Shown here: positions 28,962-38,900 of the stretch, piece after piece
How the letters are laid out: the number at the start of each line of letters is the position of its first letter
Numbering within the stretch: the first letter of the stretch is position 1
NCBI GenBank assembly: GCA_963719505.1
Contig: CAVRCF010000005.1
Location: 736,001-800,000, forward strand
Reading direction: 5' to 3'
Length of the DNA stretch: 64,000 bases
From: Halobacteriovoraceae bacterium
Lineage (GTDB): Bacteria > Bdellovibrionota > Bacteriovoracia > Bacteriovoracales > Bacteriovoracaceae
The notes under the pieces: generated by a model
What the model was told of the DNA's origin: nothing
What the model saw: the letters and a program-made list of their open reading frames with translations, nothing else
The model's database searches: none
Translations under genes and position numbers: made by a program

Positions 28962-29480
28962 TTAGTTATTGGGAACCCATTTTTTCAACTTCCTTTGAAG
29001 ACTCTGTCTATGAATACCAAGTTTCTTCGCAGTGTTTGAAATATTGCCTTTCTCTTTTGCAAGAATGTGTTCAATGTACTCGCGCTCGATGCGATCAAGG
29101 CTGAGCTCTCCCTCTCGAATATTGGCCTCTAATTTATTATCGATAAGGTCTATGACTTTCTTAAGATTAATCGGTTTCGTAATATAGTCAGAAGCTCCAA
29201 GCTTCATCGCCTCTACAGCGGAGGAGATAGTGCCAAAACCAGTCATCAGAAAAATCTCTGCAGCTTTAAACCTATCCAGACATGGAGCAATGAGATTAAG
29301 CCCAGAGAAATTTTTTAATCTTAAATCGATGAAGATATATTGGAAATCACCTTCAATATTTTCAATATGATGGTCGCAAATATAACGAACACTAAAGCGA
29401 CCACTATCATTTAGATCTAAGGTCAAACTTTCAGCAAATAATTCTTCATCGTCAATTATTAGAATATTTTCTTTAGTCAT
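28962..29480 (-). CDS. regA: RegA/PrrA/ActR-family response regulator
   Basis: DLRL...SGL, TGFGTISSAVEAMKLGA, EYI..L....GNISNTAKKLGIHRQSLQRKLKK. Confidence 0.8.
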   Translation of the reverse strand: MTKENILIIDDEELFAESLTLDLNDSGRFSVRYICDHHIENIEGDFQYIFIDLRLKNFSGLNLIAPCLDRFKAAEIFLMTGFGTISSAVEAMKLGASDYITKPINLKKVIDLIDNKLEANIREGELSLDRIEREYIEHILAKEKGNISNTAKKLGIHRQSLQRKLKKWVPNN

Positions 29481-30639
29481 CGATTATCCCTTCAAGATAA
29501 AGCTCAAGTACAGCTCCACTATTATTGTAGATATTTAGCGTTCCACCACAAGCTTCGAGCCCAAGGGCACAATTATAAAGTCCCAATCCCCTTCCTTGAC
29601 CTTTTGTCGTATTATAAGGTGCTTTAAAATTCTTTAAGATATAGTCTGAAAACCCCTCTCCTTCGTCCTCAATCTTTAGAAGAATCGAGCCATTTTTCTG
29701 AGTAAGACTAATACTAGCTTGTTTTAAATTTTCATCAATACAGTTTTGCATGCTATTTGAAATAAAAAGCTGAATGCTCAGAGCATTGGTTAAGGCAAAA
29801 ACATTAGATTGTATATTCGATTTGAAAGAAAAAGACTTTCCTTTTTGTAGGGCTAAAACTGTTGTTTCCAGAAGTTCCGACAAATTGATTCGCGTCATTT
29901 TGGCATGATCAAATCCAGACTGGGCAAGATTGAGATGATGAGTTGTCTGTTCTAATCTTTTGACACTTTTATCCAGTATATCCAAGTCGCGAGAAATAGC
30001 ATCCTCAGGTGAATCTCTAAGAAGTTTGTCTACTTTTAGTCTCACGGTATTGAGAGGTGTACCCAACTCGTGCACAATTCCTGAAACCAGAAGAGAAATC
30101 TGTCGGTTTTTTTCAAGAAGACTTCTCTTATTCTCTAAACTTCCAATCGTCTTTTGTTGCTTTAGAAAAAGAAGACCTAAACTTCTCATCGCGACCCACA
30201 TCCCTACAGTCAAAAGCACTTGTGGAACAAACGTGAACATAATAGAGGTAAAATCGTTAGAGGAACTCCAAAAGATCAAGATAATAAGAGAAAAAAGTAT
30301 AGGTAGATACAGATGATCCTGTTTTTTGGGCAAAACAAATGCGGCCATCATGATGTGAAAATAAATGAGATCCCAAAAAGGATTCTGAATTTTTCCGCAT
30401 AAAAGAATTAAAAGAATAAAAGAACACAGATCAAAAAGCAGATGAGTGAGAGCCCTGGGTTTTAGAAGATTAAACTGACATAAAATATTAAAAGAAAGAA
30501 TTCCTAACAAAGTAAGAATAACAAACGGGAGATTTTCATAAGGGAGGTAAATATACCTTATCGCGAAAGGAATCGCTAACATTTGCAATGAAAGCGCAAT
30601 CCACCTCAATTTGATTAGCCAATTCAAACTATTAATCAT
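29473..30639 (-). CDS. regB: RegB/PrrB-like sensor histidine kinase
   Basis: LIKLRW, G..QNPF, HELGTPL, TTK..GRGLGL. Confidence 0.7.
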   Translation of the reverse strand: MINSLNWLIKLRWIALSLQMLAIPFAIRYIYLPYENLPFVILTLLGILSFNILCQFNLLKPRALTHLLFDLCSFILLILLCGKIQNPFWDLIYFHIMMAAFVLPKKQDHLYLPILFSLIILIFWSSSNDFTSIMFTFVPQVLLTVGMWVAMRSLGLLFLKQQKTIGSLENKRSLLEKNRQISLLVSGIVHELGTPLNTVRLKVDKLLRDSPEDAISRDLDILDKSVKRLEQTTHHLNLAQSGFDHAKMTRINLSELLETTVLALQKGKSFSFKSNIQSNVFALTNALSIQLFISNSMQNCIDENLKQASISLTQKNGSILLKIEDEGEGFSDYILKNFKAPYNTTKGQGRGLGLYNCALGLEACGGTLNIYNNSGAVLELYLEGIIDD

Positions 30640-31538
30640 TAAATCCTTTTTACAAATCCAAGCCCAAGGGATCGACCAAGGATTGTCCCTTTACTTTGTC
30701 CTAAAATAAAGTCATCCGTATAGCTGATGGATAAGTCAATATTCTCCAGGCTATAGGTAAAGCCTAAAACTAATTGGTTAAGGATAAGGGATTGTCCTGA
30801 CTCTGCAAAGACAGAGATGGCTTGTTCGTGAATAAAACTTCTCTCTAATGATAAAAGAGAGCTCAAAGCATTACTAAAATTGTATATATGAGAAAAAGCG
30901 ACCTTATGATCAAGAGAATTTTGGGTCTCAGTTTTTTCTGTAAAGCGCGATCTGCTAAAACTCCTTCCCGCTCGATAAGTGAAAGCTGTATTGAGGAGAA
31001 GATCTTGGGTTTGGAATCTCTTCTTTAGAAGCATACCTAAAGTAGAGAGGTAGTGACCTTGGCCTCTGGAGTCTAAAAGGTCTGCTCTTTTTGCATTAAA
31101 GATAGAGGGAGCTGTCGGCAAAGTAACAGAAAAATAGGTAAATCCTTGAGAGATAAATTGATGTCTGGTAAATTCTGGATAAAATTCATATGCACTGCTA
31201 AGAGAGATATCCCCCAGACCAGATTCACTTCTCCACTCGCTTCCAATATCTCGGCTCTTTGTGACGACGGGAAGACTTGTTCCCAATTGCCAACGTGAAC
31301 TAAATTTATGACTCATAGATGTTGTGAGCGTTTCAATTGATTCAAGCTGACTTTTAGGACGTTCGATAATATTGGAGTTTTCATTGGTATCAGCTAAAAT
31401 AGTTCTATTGCTATAGGAGCTTCGAATAACACTTTTGGAATCCCCCATAATAAGGCTCACAGTACTTGCACCGCCGCCACAACAACTTCCAGCTATAGCG
31501 TTCGCACATAAGAAGAAAAGGCTAAAGAGTAACTTCAA
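30639..31538 (-). CDS. Exported protein with N-terminal CCGGG motif, probable outer-membrane beta-barrel
   Basis: Signal peptide then GSCCGGG; GLGDISLS...Y and TLPT patterns; amphipathic strands. Confidence 0.55.
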   Translation of the reverse strand: MKLLFSLFFLCANAIAGSCCGGGASTVSLIMGDSKSVIRSSYSNRTILADTNENSNIIERPKSQLESIETLTTSMSHKFSSRWQLGTSLPVVTKSRDIGSEWRSESGLGDISLSSAYEFYPEFTRHQFISQGFTYFSVTLPTAPSIFNAKRADLLDSRGQGHYLSTLGMLLKKRFQTQDLLLNTAFTYRAGRSFSRSRFTEKTETQNSLDHKVAFSHIYNFSNALSSLLSLERSFIHEQAISVFAESGQSLILNQLVLGFTYSLENIDLSISYTDDFILGQSKGTILGRSLGLGFVKRI

Positions 31539-32001
31539 CGATCGCCTCCTCTATGAATGAAGAATCTTTTGTACAATTCGCGTTTTGTTCAATTGTTCTA
31601 ATATAAATCTTCCAAGTTCCAGGCATAATAAAGTAGACGTCGTCAATTTCATAGTGATCATCAACTCTAATGACTTCTACAGGACTTGAGCCATGCTCGG
31701 TTCCACTTGGCATTTTCATCCACAAAAGCACACATAGCTTAGAATTAAGATAAAGGTACGGTCCGATCGAACTATCTTGATATGAGTCCCAAAAATAGAG
31801 TTGAAAAGGAGAATTGATAGAAACTTTAGGCTTGGTATTAAATCGAAGATCAAATTGATATCTGGAGTTTGGCCAATTTTCAAAATCTCCTTGAGAACTT
31901 TGGGTTAAAACATTCGGCTTCTCCCCTGTAAGGGCACCAAAGAGGTGACTTTTCCCACAAGACAGTGTCAAAAAAAGAAACAAAAAGGATAGGCACTTCA
32001 A
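31522..32001 (-). CDS. YtkA/FixH-like lipoprotein
   Basis: Lipobox LSC; WMKMP...HGSSPV, YFIMPGTWKI. Confidence 0.65.
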   Translation of the reverse strand: MKCLSFLFLFLTLSCGKSHLFGALTGEKPNVLTQSSQGDFENWPNSRYQFDLRFNTKPKVSINSPFQLYFWDSYQDSSIGPYLYLNSKLCVLLWMKMPSGTEHGSSPVEVIRVDDHYEIDDVYFIMPGTWKIYIRTIEQNANCTKDSSFIEEAIVEVTL

Positions 32002-32004
32002 AAT

Positions 32005-32553
32005 TTACTCCTTAATAGGGATATAACAACCAAGACTGGTACGCTGAGCAATTTTAGGTGCACTTCCCCCTTCAATATCATCAAGGGCTATTTTCAGAAA
32101 ATTTGTCTTTGCTACTCTTCCATTTGATGAATTAGTCACACTACCAGAATAAACGGTTTCACCTTTTGAATTAACGATAAACACATGGGGAGTTTTGACA
32201 GCTCCATATTTTTTAGCAATATGTGAGTCTTGATCGTAGATGACTGGGAAGTCGAAATCCAGAGATTCAAAGTAATTTTTAGCATGTTTTAGCTTTTCAT
32301 TATAGTTTGAATGAACACCGACAAATTTTATATCGCTATATTTCTTTAAGAGATTATTCACGATATCATTATGGGATTCTGAACAAGGACAGCGAGATGA
32401 CATGAAAATAAAGGTTGTATAAGCATTCTGCTGCAAGTTCACAACAACTTCCTCTCCACTGTGAGTCTTCCCCTTGACCATCAAATCATTATGAGAGGGT
32501 TTTGTGGCGCATCCCACAATAATAAAAAGTAGTACCAGAAATTTAAGCATCAT
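32005..32553 (-). CDS. Redoxin (AhpC/TSA, thioredoxin-like) lipoprotein
   Basis: CPC motif, VGVHSN, FPVIYD, GAVKTPHVF, C-terminal GC; RBS aaggag before 32553. Confidence 0.85.
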   Translation of the reverse strand: MMLKFLVLLFIIVGCATKPSHNDLMVKGKTHSGEEVVVNLQQNAYTTFIFMSSRCPCSESHNDIVNNLLKKYSDIKFVGVHSNYNEKLKHAKNYFESLDFDFPVIYDQDSHIAKKYGAVKTPHVFIVNSKGETVYSGSVTNSSNGRVAKTNFLKIALDDIEGGSAPKIAQRTSLGCYIPIKE

Positions 32554-32596
32554 TTCTCCTTTTGAGTTTTTATAACATAAAATAATCAAAGATCGG

Positions 32597-32613
32597 TGCA
32601 ACAAATTGTTGCA
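32597..32613. promoter_or_regulatory. Palindrome TGCAACA-AAT-TGTTGCA, candidate RegA-type operator
   Basis: Perfect 7-bp inverted repeat between divergent genes; resembles GCGNC-N5-GNCGC RegA/RegR boxes. Confidence 0.6.
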
Positions 32614-32665
32614 TTTAAAAGAGAGACATAAAGATGTATAAAGATGGAAAAACTTGGAGATAAAA

Positions 32666-33082
32666 ATGAAAGCTATTTTTTATGTAATATTTGGTCTTAT
32701 TATTTCACAGCCTACTTTCGCTGAGCAAAAAGGAAAGTGCATAGGTCTTACCAGTGAAAAACTCTGTATAGAACTTGAGTGGATTCAAGGACCTTTTATT
32801 GACGCCTATTCAAAAAATATCGTTCGTTTTAAGGATTTGAAAAAAAGTACAAGCGAGAGCCCGGTTTATGCCACTCCAAAGGGATCTCTACAATTTTACT
32901 CTTGGATGATTATGCATGGCCATGAACACGGGGGACGACCTGTTGTGACTTCAAAAATGAAAGAAGGCATCTTTGAAAATTCTAAAATTTACTATATGGG
33001 TGGAATGATGGGAACATGGCAGTTTAAACTTAAAATTGACTCTACTGAGTTCCTACTACACTCACTCTCTATTGAGAACTAA
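32666..33082 (+). CDS. Exported YtkA-like His/Met-motif protein
   Basis: Signal peptide; WMIMHGHEHGGRPV, YYMGGMMGTWQ; paralogous motifs to 31522-32001. Confidence 0.6.
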   Translation: MKAIFYVIFGLIISQPTFAEQKGKCIGLTSEKLCIELEWIQGPFIDAYSKNIVRFKDLKKSTSESPVYATPKGSLQFYSWMIMHGHEHGGRPVVTSKMKEGIFENSKIYYMGGMMGTWQFKLKIDSTEFLLHSLSIEN

Positions 33083-33700
33083 TTAGTACTGCCTAAAGAC
33101 AGAAAAAAGTTCACCTACCAGATTCCAGCGTGAAGAGTCTTTAATAGTGATAGGCTTAAAATCTCGATTTGATGGAACAAGCTCAACTGAATTCTTCTTT
33201 TTGTATATTCTTTTAAGTGTGGCTTCTCCATCAACTTTAACGACGCCAATCATTCCGTCTCGAATCGTATTGGTTTGACGTAAGATGACGATATCGCCAT
33301 TCATAATATGATCATCTATCATAGAGTCACCAAAGACTCTTAGAGCAAAATAGCTCTCACCTGTCTTTAAGTTTGATTTTGGATAATCAAGATATTCAAT
33401 ATCTTCAATAGCTTCAGTTAAAAGTCCTGCTGCAACTCGCCCTTCAATCTTTAACCTTACAACATCACTACCAAGAGCTTCGGGGCGGAACTCCATATAG
33501 CCTTTCTCTTTGAGCTGTCTTACGTATTGAGCCGCAGAGTTCTTTGACTTAAAGCCAAAATGGTCGGTAATTTCCGAGTAGCTTGGAATACAATCATGTT
33601 TTTCAAAGAAAGCCGTAATATACTTAAGTACGCTACTCTCCTTGCTTGTTAAATTCGTCATTCGTGCCTTTAAGCTATTAAAATTAATCCTCTTTAGCAT
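33083..33700 (-). CDS. lexA: LexA repressor
   Basis: PSYSEI..HFGFKS wHTH, GRVAAG cleavage site, GDSM serine, ATLKR lysine; likely start 33661. Confidence 0.93.
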   Translation of the reverse strand: MLKRINFNSLKARMTNLTSKESSVLKYITAFFEKHDCIPSYSEITDHFGFKSKNSAAQYVRQLKEKGYMEFRPEALGSDVVRLKIEGRVAAGLLTEAIEDIEYLDYPKSNLKTGESYFALRVFGDSMIDDHIMNGDIVILRQTNTIRDGMIGVVKVDGEATLKRIYKKKNSVELVPSNRDFKPITIKDSSRWNLVGELFSVFRQY

Positions 33701-33737
33701 TTTCTACGACTCATTCCCCAAAAGGCCCTTGCGCGGG

Positions 33738-33782
33738 GTACATATTTAGTACATATTAGAGTGAGTACATATATAGTACATA
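33738..33782. promoter_or_regulatory. Candidate LexA operators: two GTAC-N7-GTAC boxes (GTACATA x4)
   Basis: GTACATA at 33738, 33749, 33765 and 33776 in the lexA/imuA divergent spacer. Confidence 0.7.
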
Positions 33783-33816
33783 GGTATTTTCCAAATGCAA
33801 CCCCTAAGGAATAAAG

Positions 33817-34470
33817 ATGAGCTTTTTTGATAGTAAAATATTAGAAAATAAGGATCTTTCTGATTTTCAGAAGCTCAAGGAGCATTTTCAAACTCCATCT
33901 AAGCTTAGATCTCATCATCAGTTTAGGACAGGAATAACAAGACTCGACTCCTTCCTCTCTCCCGTAAACTCTGAGGCTTCTCTTATCGAATGGGGCTGTC
34001 CGCATGGTAGTCTGGGGCGCTTTATCATCACTTCTATTATCGCCTCAACAGAAGGAAATTGCCTTTGGCTGTTCGATCAATCGCAACTTTGTGTTTATCC
34101 AAATTCATGGAAAGATATGGGCCTTGACCTCGACCGTATCAACTTTATCAATACAAACAAACCGTTAAAAAATTTAAAGCCTGTTTTTCTTGAAAGCACC
34201 TACAAATCTATAGTGATCGACTCATGTGAATTTTTATCCAAAGCGGATCTTCAATTTCTCTATCAAAAAAGTAAAGAGCACAAACTTAGCCTTTTTCTTA
34301 TTCGGCACTACTTTCTCAGCAATCGAAACGGTAATCCTTTTTTTAAGTACAGACTAAACGCCTCCTTCTCTCTTAAAGACGACAGTTTTAAGCTCAATTT
34401 TATTAAAGGACAAAATAGAAAAGAAAAAAGCTATTTAAGACTTAAGACTAACGAGGTTTTTAGTGGGTGA
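33817..34470 (+). CDS. imuA: ImuA-like (inactive RecA-fold) protein
   Basis: TGITRLD, LIEW..P.G.LGR, WL, YP......GLDLDR, IVID; position in the cassette. Confidence 0.75.
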   Translation: MSFFDSKILENKDLSDFQKLKEHFQTPSKLRSHHQFRTGITRLDSFLSPVNSEASLIEWGCPHGSLGRFIITSIIASTEGNCLWLFDQSQLCVYPNSWKDMGLDLDRINFINTNKPLKNLKPVFLESTYKSIVIDSCEFLSKADLQFLYQKSKEHKLSLFLIRHYFLSNRNGNPFFKYRLNASFSLKDDSFKLNFIKGQNRKEKSYLRLKTNEVFSG

Positions 34471-35917
34471 TTTACTTTCTTTATTTAAATTTGAACACTC
34501 TAATGAATCCCCTCGTTATCTTCTCTTTAACGGTGTTCTTAAAAAGAGCGCATTCTTCTTAAGTCCTGACGTTATGCGCTTAGATGTTAAAACTTATATT
34601 GTGGCCATCTCGTCAACAGAGAAATACTGGAGAAACTATGCTCGAAATCAAAAGTATAGTTTCTTTGATACAATCCAAGAGGAACTCAACAAAGCGCTTA
34701 TACATGGTTATAGTGCCTGCCTGTGCGACCATCCTTTTCAAGGTATCCTCTTTTTAAATTTTCTAAAATTTAGAGACCTCACAGGACTTCACAGCCTAAA
34801 CTCTTCTTTTTATAAAACAAATTACAAAAGAATGGACTGGAAAGCATGGCTTTTTTCGGCCAGACAAACTCATCACGCTTTTATCCAGCACGATGTCCTT
34901 ACAAAAGAGACGAAAAGCTTTGTTTCTTTTATGGGAAAGCTAGAGCGTTTTATAGAAAGAATTGGGCTCGATTCAACCAAATCGATGGAGATGATTAGTC
35001 ATGATGAACTCTCCAGACGATATGGAATGCTTATTAGCCTTTTTTGGAAGTGGACTAATCTTGACTTAGAAGAGGGAAAGATTAAAGAAAGTATGGTCAC
35101 AGAGAACCTTTGTGGCTTTCCTTGGGTACAGCTTAAGGAGGCTGAAACTCCTACACTTATCAATCGACTCGATCATCCGTTGAGCCTTTGGGATCATATT
35201 GAAAATGAACTAAGAAATGATCTTTTTAAAATACATAAAGAAAAAGAGCTTAAGGATCCTAACAGAGTGATGCAAATTAAGTGGACTCTTTTTAATTTTG
35301 ATGGTGAATCGATTGAAAGTTTAATTGACCTGCGCTTTCCTCTTGCTCTTACAGAAGAGAGAGATAAGGATTTTAAAACGCTTCTTACTCAATTTGGTTA
35401 CGCTTTTGATGATATAAAGACGAAGATAAAAGAAGCCAACCCTGATTTTCCGGCCAATCAAGTTACTTTAGGATGGAAAATAGAAGTTGTAAAAACGATC
35501 CAACTCTCAATAGCGAATTTTGATCTTTTTATGAATGAGATTGAAATTCAAAAATCTAATATTTTAGGGCTACAATCGAAGATAAAAGCTAAAATTGAAT
35601 CCTTTATTACAAAGAATCATAATGTCCCCTCTCTGGATTATAGTGACTTTGCAATCGACAAGAAAAGAGTCGAGTCATCAACTTCGATGAATAGACTTCT
35701 TCTCAAACCTCTTTTTATTTATCCTGAGCCAATCTGGCTTGATGAAAGTGAGATCGGCTTTAAGAGGTTTTTAGAAAGAACCTCAAGTGACTGGTGGAAA
35801 TCAAAGGATCCCTTTGATTACTATCGGGATTATTTTATTTGTGAAGTCGATAAAGTTTATGTTTGGGCTTTTAAAAATGCAAAAGGACAGTGGTATAAAC
35901 ATGGTCTCTACTCTTAA
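34463..35917 (+). CDS. imuB: Highly divergent ImuB-like protein
   Basis: C-terminal ER...WW.....RDYF.......W.F....GQW..HGLY ImuB signature; lies between imuA and dnaE2. Confidence 0.7.
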   Translation: MGDLLSLFKFEHSNESPRYLLFNGVLKKSAFFLSPDVMRLDVKTYIVAISSTEKYWRNYARNQKYSFFDTIQEELNKALIHGYSACLCDHPFQGILFLNFLKFRDLTGLHSLNSSFYKTNYKRMDWKAWLFSARQTHHAFIQHDVLTKETKSFVSFMGKLERFIERIGLDSTKSMEMISHDELSRRYGMLISLFWKWTNLDLEEGKIKESMVTENLCGFPWVQLKEAETPTLINRLDHPLSLWDHIENELRNDLFKIHKEKELKDPNRVMQIKWTLFNFDGESIESLIDLRFPLALTEERDKDFKTLLTQFGYAFDDIKTKIKEANPDFPANQVTLGWKIEVVKTIQLSIANFDLFMNEIEIQKSNILGLQSKIKAKIESFITKNHNVPSLDYSDFAIDKKRVESSTSMNRLLLKPLFIYPEPIWLDESEIGFKRFLERTSSDWWKSKDPFDYYRDYFICEVDKVYVWAFKNAKGQWYKHGLYS

Positions 35918-38900
35918 AGATCATTTCAAATTTCACGAGTGGCTGTGTAAAACTCATTTTAGTTTTCAAAGCTCCACCTCATCTGCTTCAGACCTTATCA
36001 AGACCATGATAAGTCTCGATTACGACTCTTTTTGCGTCAGTGACTTCGATGGAGTCTACGGTATCGCCAGAAGTTTTATAGAGCTTAAGCATATTGAAGA
36101 TAAGAAACTCAAACTCAACTACGCCGCTGAAATTCATCTTTATCAAGACCATGACCTTCCCCTACTGGATCAAGTCACTATTTCAATAGGTGTGAAAAGC
36201 TTCAAAGGCTATAGGAATCTTAATAAAATCCTAACACGCTCTCACAAAGACTCAAAAGATGAAGCTTTTATCTCTTTAATTGAACTTGCAAAAATGGATC
36301 TTGAAGATCTTTTTGTCATCATTCCAATGCGTGGAGGATTAAAACATTTTTTAGAAAACCCCAGAGACTTGGATATCTTACAGGCCCTTTTTAAAGATGA
36401 TCTCTACCTTGCTGTGACAAAAATTCATCATCGCTTTTTTGATTCCCTTATTCCAAAGGTTTTCGCGTTATCAAAAGAGAAGAAAATAAAGACGCTTATC
36501 TCTCAAGACGTTTTTATGACTCATCGATCAGAGAAGTGTTTCCATGATGTTCTGGTGGCCATGAAAAATAATCGAACCCTCTCTGACTGTGGTGAATATA
36601 TTTTTCCAAATTCGGAGAGAAGTCTTCACTCTAAAAAATCTATCCTTGAGACCTATGGGAGTTTTCCTGAATTTACTCAAATGCTAGAAAACTCTGAAGC
36701 TCTCGCTAACAGTTGTCATTTTTCTTTGAGTGAAATTAGTTACAAATATCCAAGCGAGATGATCCCAGATGGACTTACGGCCCAGCAGTACCTTGAGAAG
36801 CTCTCTTGGGAAGGGGCCAAAGAGCGCTTTGGAGCGCCTTTGAGTGCCAAAGTTGTAGATCTTATATCAAAAGAGCTAGACCTCATAGAGGATCTCGGAT
36901 TCGCCGATTACTTCATCACTGTTTGGGATATTGTTGCCTGGGCAAGGTCTCAAAATATCTTATGCCAAGGAAGAGGTTCTGCAGCGAATTCATCTGTCTG
37001 TTTCAGTCTTGGCATTACTTCTTGTGATCCCTCTTTATTTGATCTTCTTTTTGAGAGATTTATGAGTAAAGAGCGAGGAGATCCTCCCGATATTGATGTG
37101 GATTTTGAACACGAAAGACGTGAAGAAGTTTTGCAATATATCTACAGACGCTATGGCAGAAAAAGAGCTTCTATGGTGGCGAATATTATTACTTTTAGAA
37201 CAAAGAGCTCTCTTAGGGAAGTTGGAAAAGTTCTAGGGGTTCCTGAAAAGATTTTAAAAACAGCTTCTAATACTGTTAGCACCGTTAAATTTCGAGGCGA
37301 AGAATTGAGTTCAATTATAGATTATATAAAAGCGAATACTCATGAAGATGTCGACTTCTCTTGGGATCTTTGGAGTCATTTCTCTCAAAAAATTATTGGT
37401 TTCCCAAAGCATATGGGTCTTCACTCAGGAGGGTTTGTTATCTCCAATGACCCCATCACTGAGCTTGTCGCCCAAGAGCCTGCAACAATGGAGGGCAGAA
37501 CAATTATTCAGTGGGCAAAAGATGATATTGAGGAACTTGGATTTTTCAAAATTGATTGTCTCTCACTAGGGATGCTTACTGCCGTTAGAAAGTCTTTTGA
37601 AATGATTAAAGAATGCTATGGTGTGGAGTTTGATCTTCATAATATCCCCATGGATGACGCTCCAACATATAAGATGATCCAAAAGGCTGATACCATTGGT
37701 GTTTTTCAAATTGAATCTCGAGCTCAAATGTCGATGCTTCCAAGGCTAAAGCCTCGCTCTTTTTATGATCTCGTTATCGAAATTGCTATTATTAGGCCAG
37801 GTCCTATTCAAGGAAATGTTATTCATCCTTTCTTAAGACGTCGCGATGGACTAGAACCTATTACCTTTCCTCATGAAAGTGCAAAAAAGATTTTATCTAA
37901 AACACTAGGGGTTATTATTTTTCAAGAACAGATGATGAGGCTGGCCATTGAACTTGGAGATTTTACAGGAGGTGAAGCCAATGAACTTAGAAAGCATATT
38001 GGTTCTTGGAATTCAAAAAATTTTAATCGAAACCTTCAGCCCTATTTGAAAAAATTAGTCTCTGGTCTCAAAAAAAGAGGGATTAGTCGACAATATATTG
38101 TCTCGATGATCAATCAAATGAAGGGCTTTGCTCATTATGGTTTTCCAGAGTCTCACGCCATCTCCTTTGCCTTTATCGCTTACGCATCCTCTTACCTAAA
38201 GTGTCACTACCCTGCAGCTTTTTATACTTCTGTTATGAATTCACAGCCAATGGGCTTTTATACCCCTCACGCTCTTATTCAGGCCGCAAAACAAGAAGGA
38301 ATACCTATTTTTCCTATAACGATTAATGACTCGAACTGGGATCATAAACTTGAAGCTCTGCCTGAGGTCTCTGGAAGGCCTCCTCGCTTTGGAATAAGAC
38401 TTGGCTTTAGAATTATAAAGTCTCTTGGCGAAGCCACAGTAAGTAAAATTATAAAATCAAGAAATAAGCATGGTAAATGGAAGTCCTTCGATCACTTCAC
38501 TCACCTCAACTCTCTAAAAAGAGATGAATACAGCGCCTTAGCTGCAGCGAATGTTTTTGAATGCCTAGGCCTTGATCGCTCAAATGCCCTATGGAAAAGT
38601 GAGGCAATTCCCTTTAAGCCCATGATCGATATTGAAGAAAAAAAGATTTCCTGGGATAAAAACTCAAAGCTTTTTGAAAGTCAGCTGGATTTTAATTCTA
38701 CTGGTACGAGCCTCAAAACTCACCCCGTTCAAATTATTAAAGAGAATGATTGGAGCTTTGATGTAGAGATTGAAAAAATAACGCTGGCTTCAAAGCTTGC
38801 TTCTATGGAAGAGAGATATGGTGTCTATGTCTTTGGCATGCTCATGATTAAGCAAGCTCCTCCATCAGCAAAAGGCATGGTCTTTTACACACTTCAAGAT

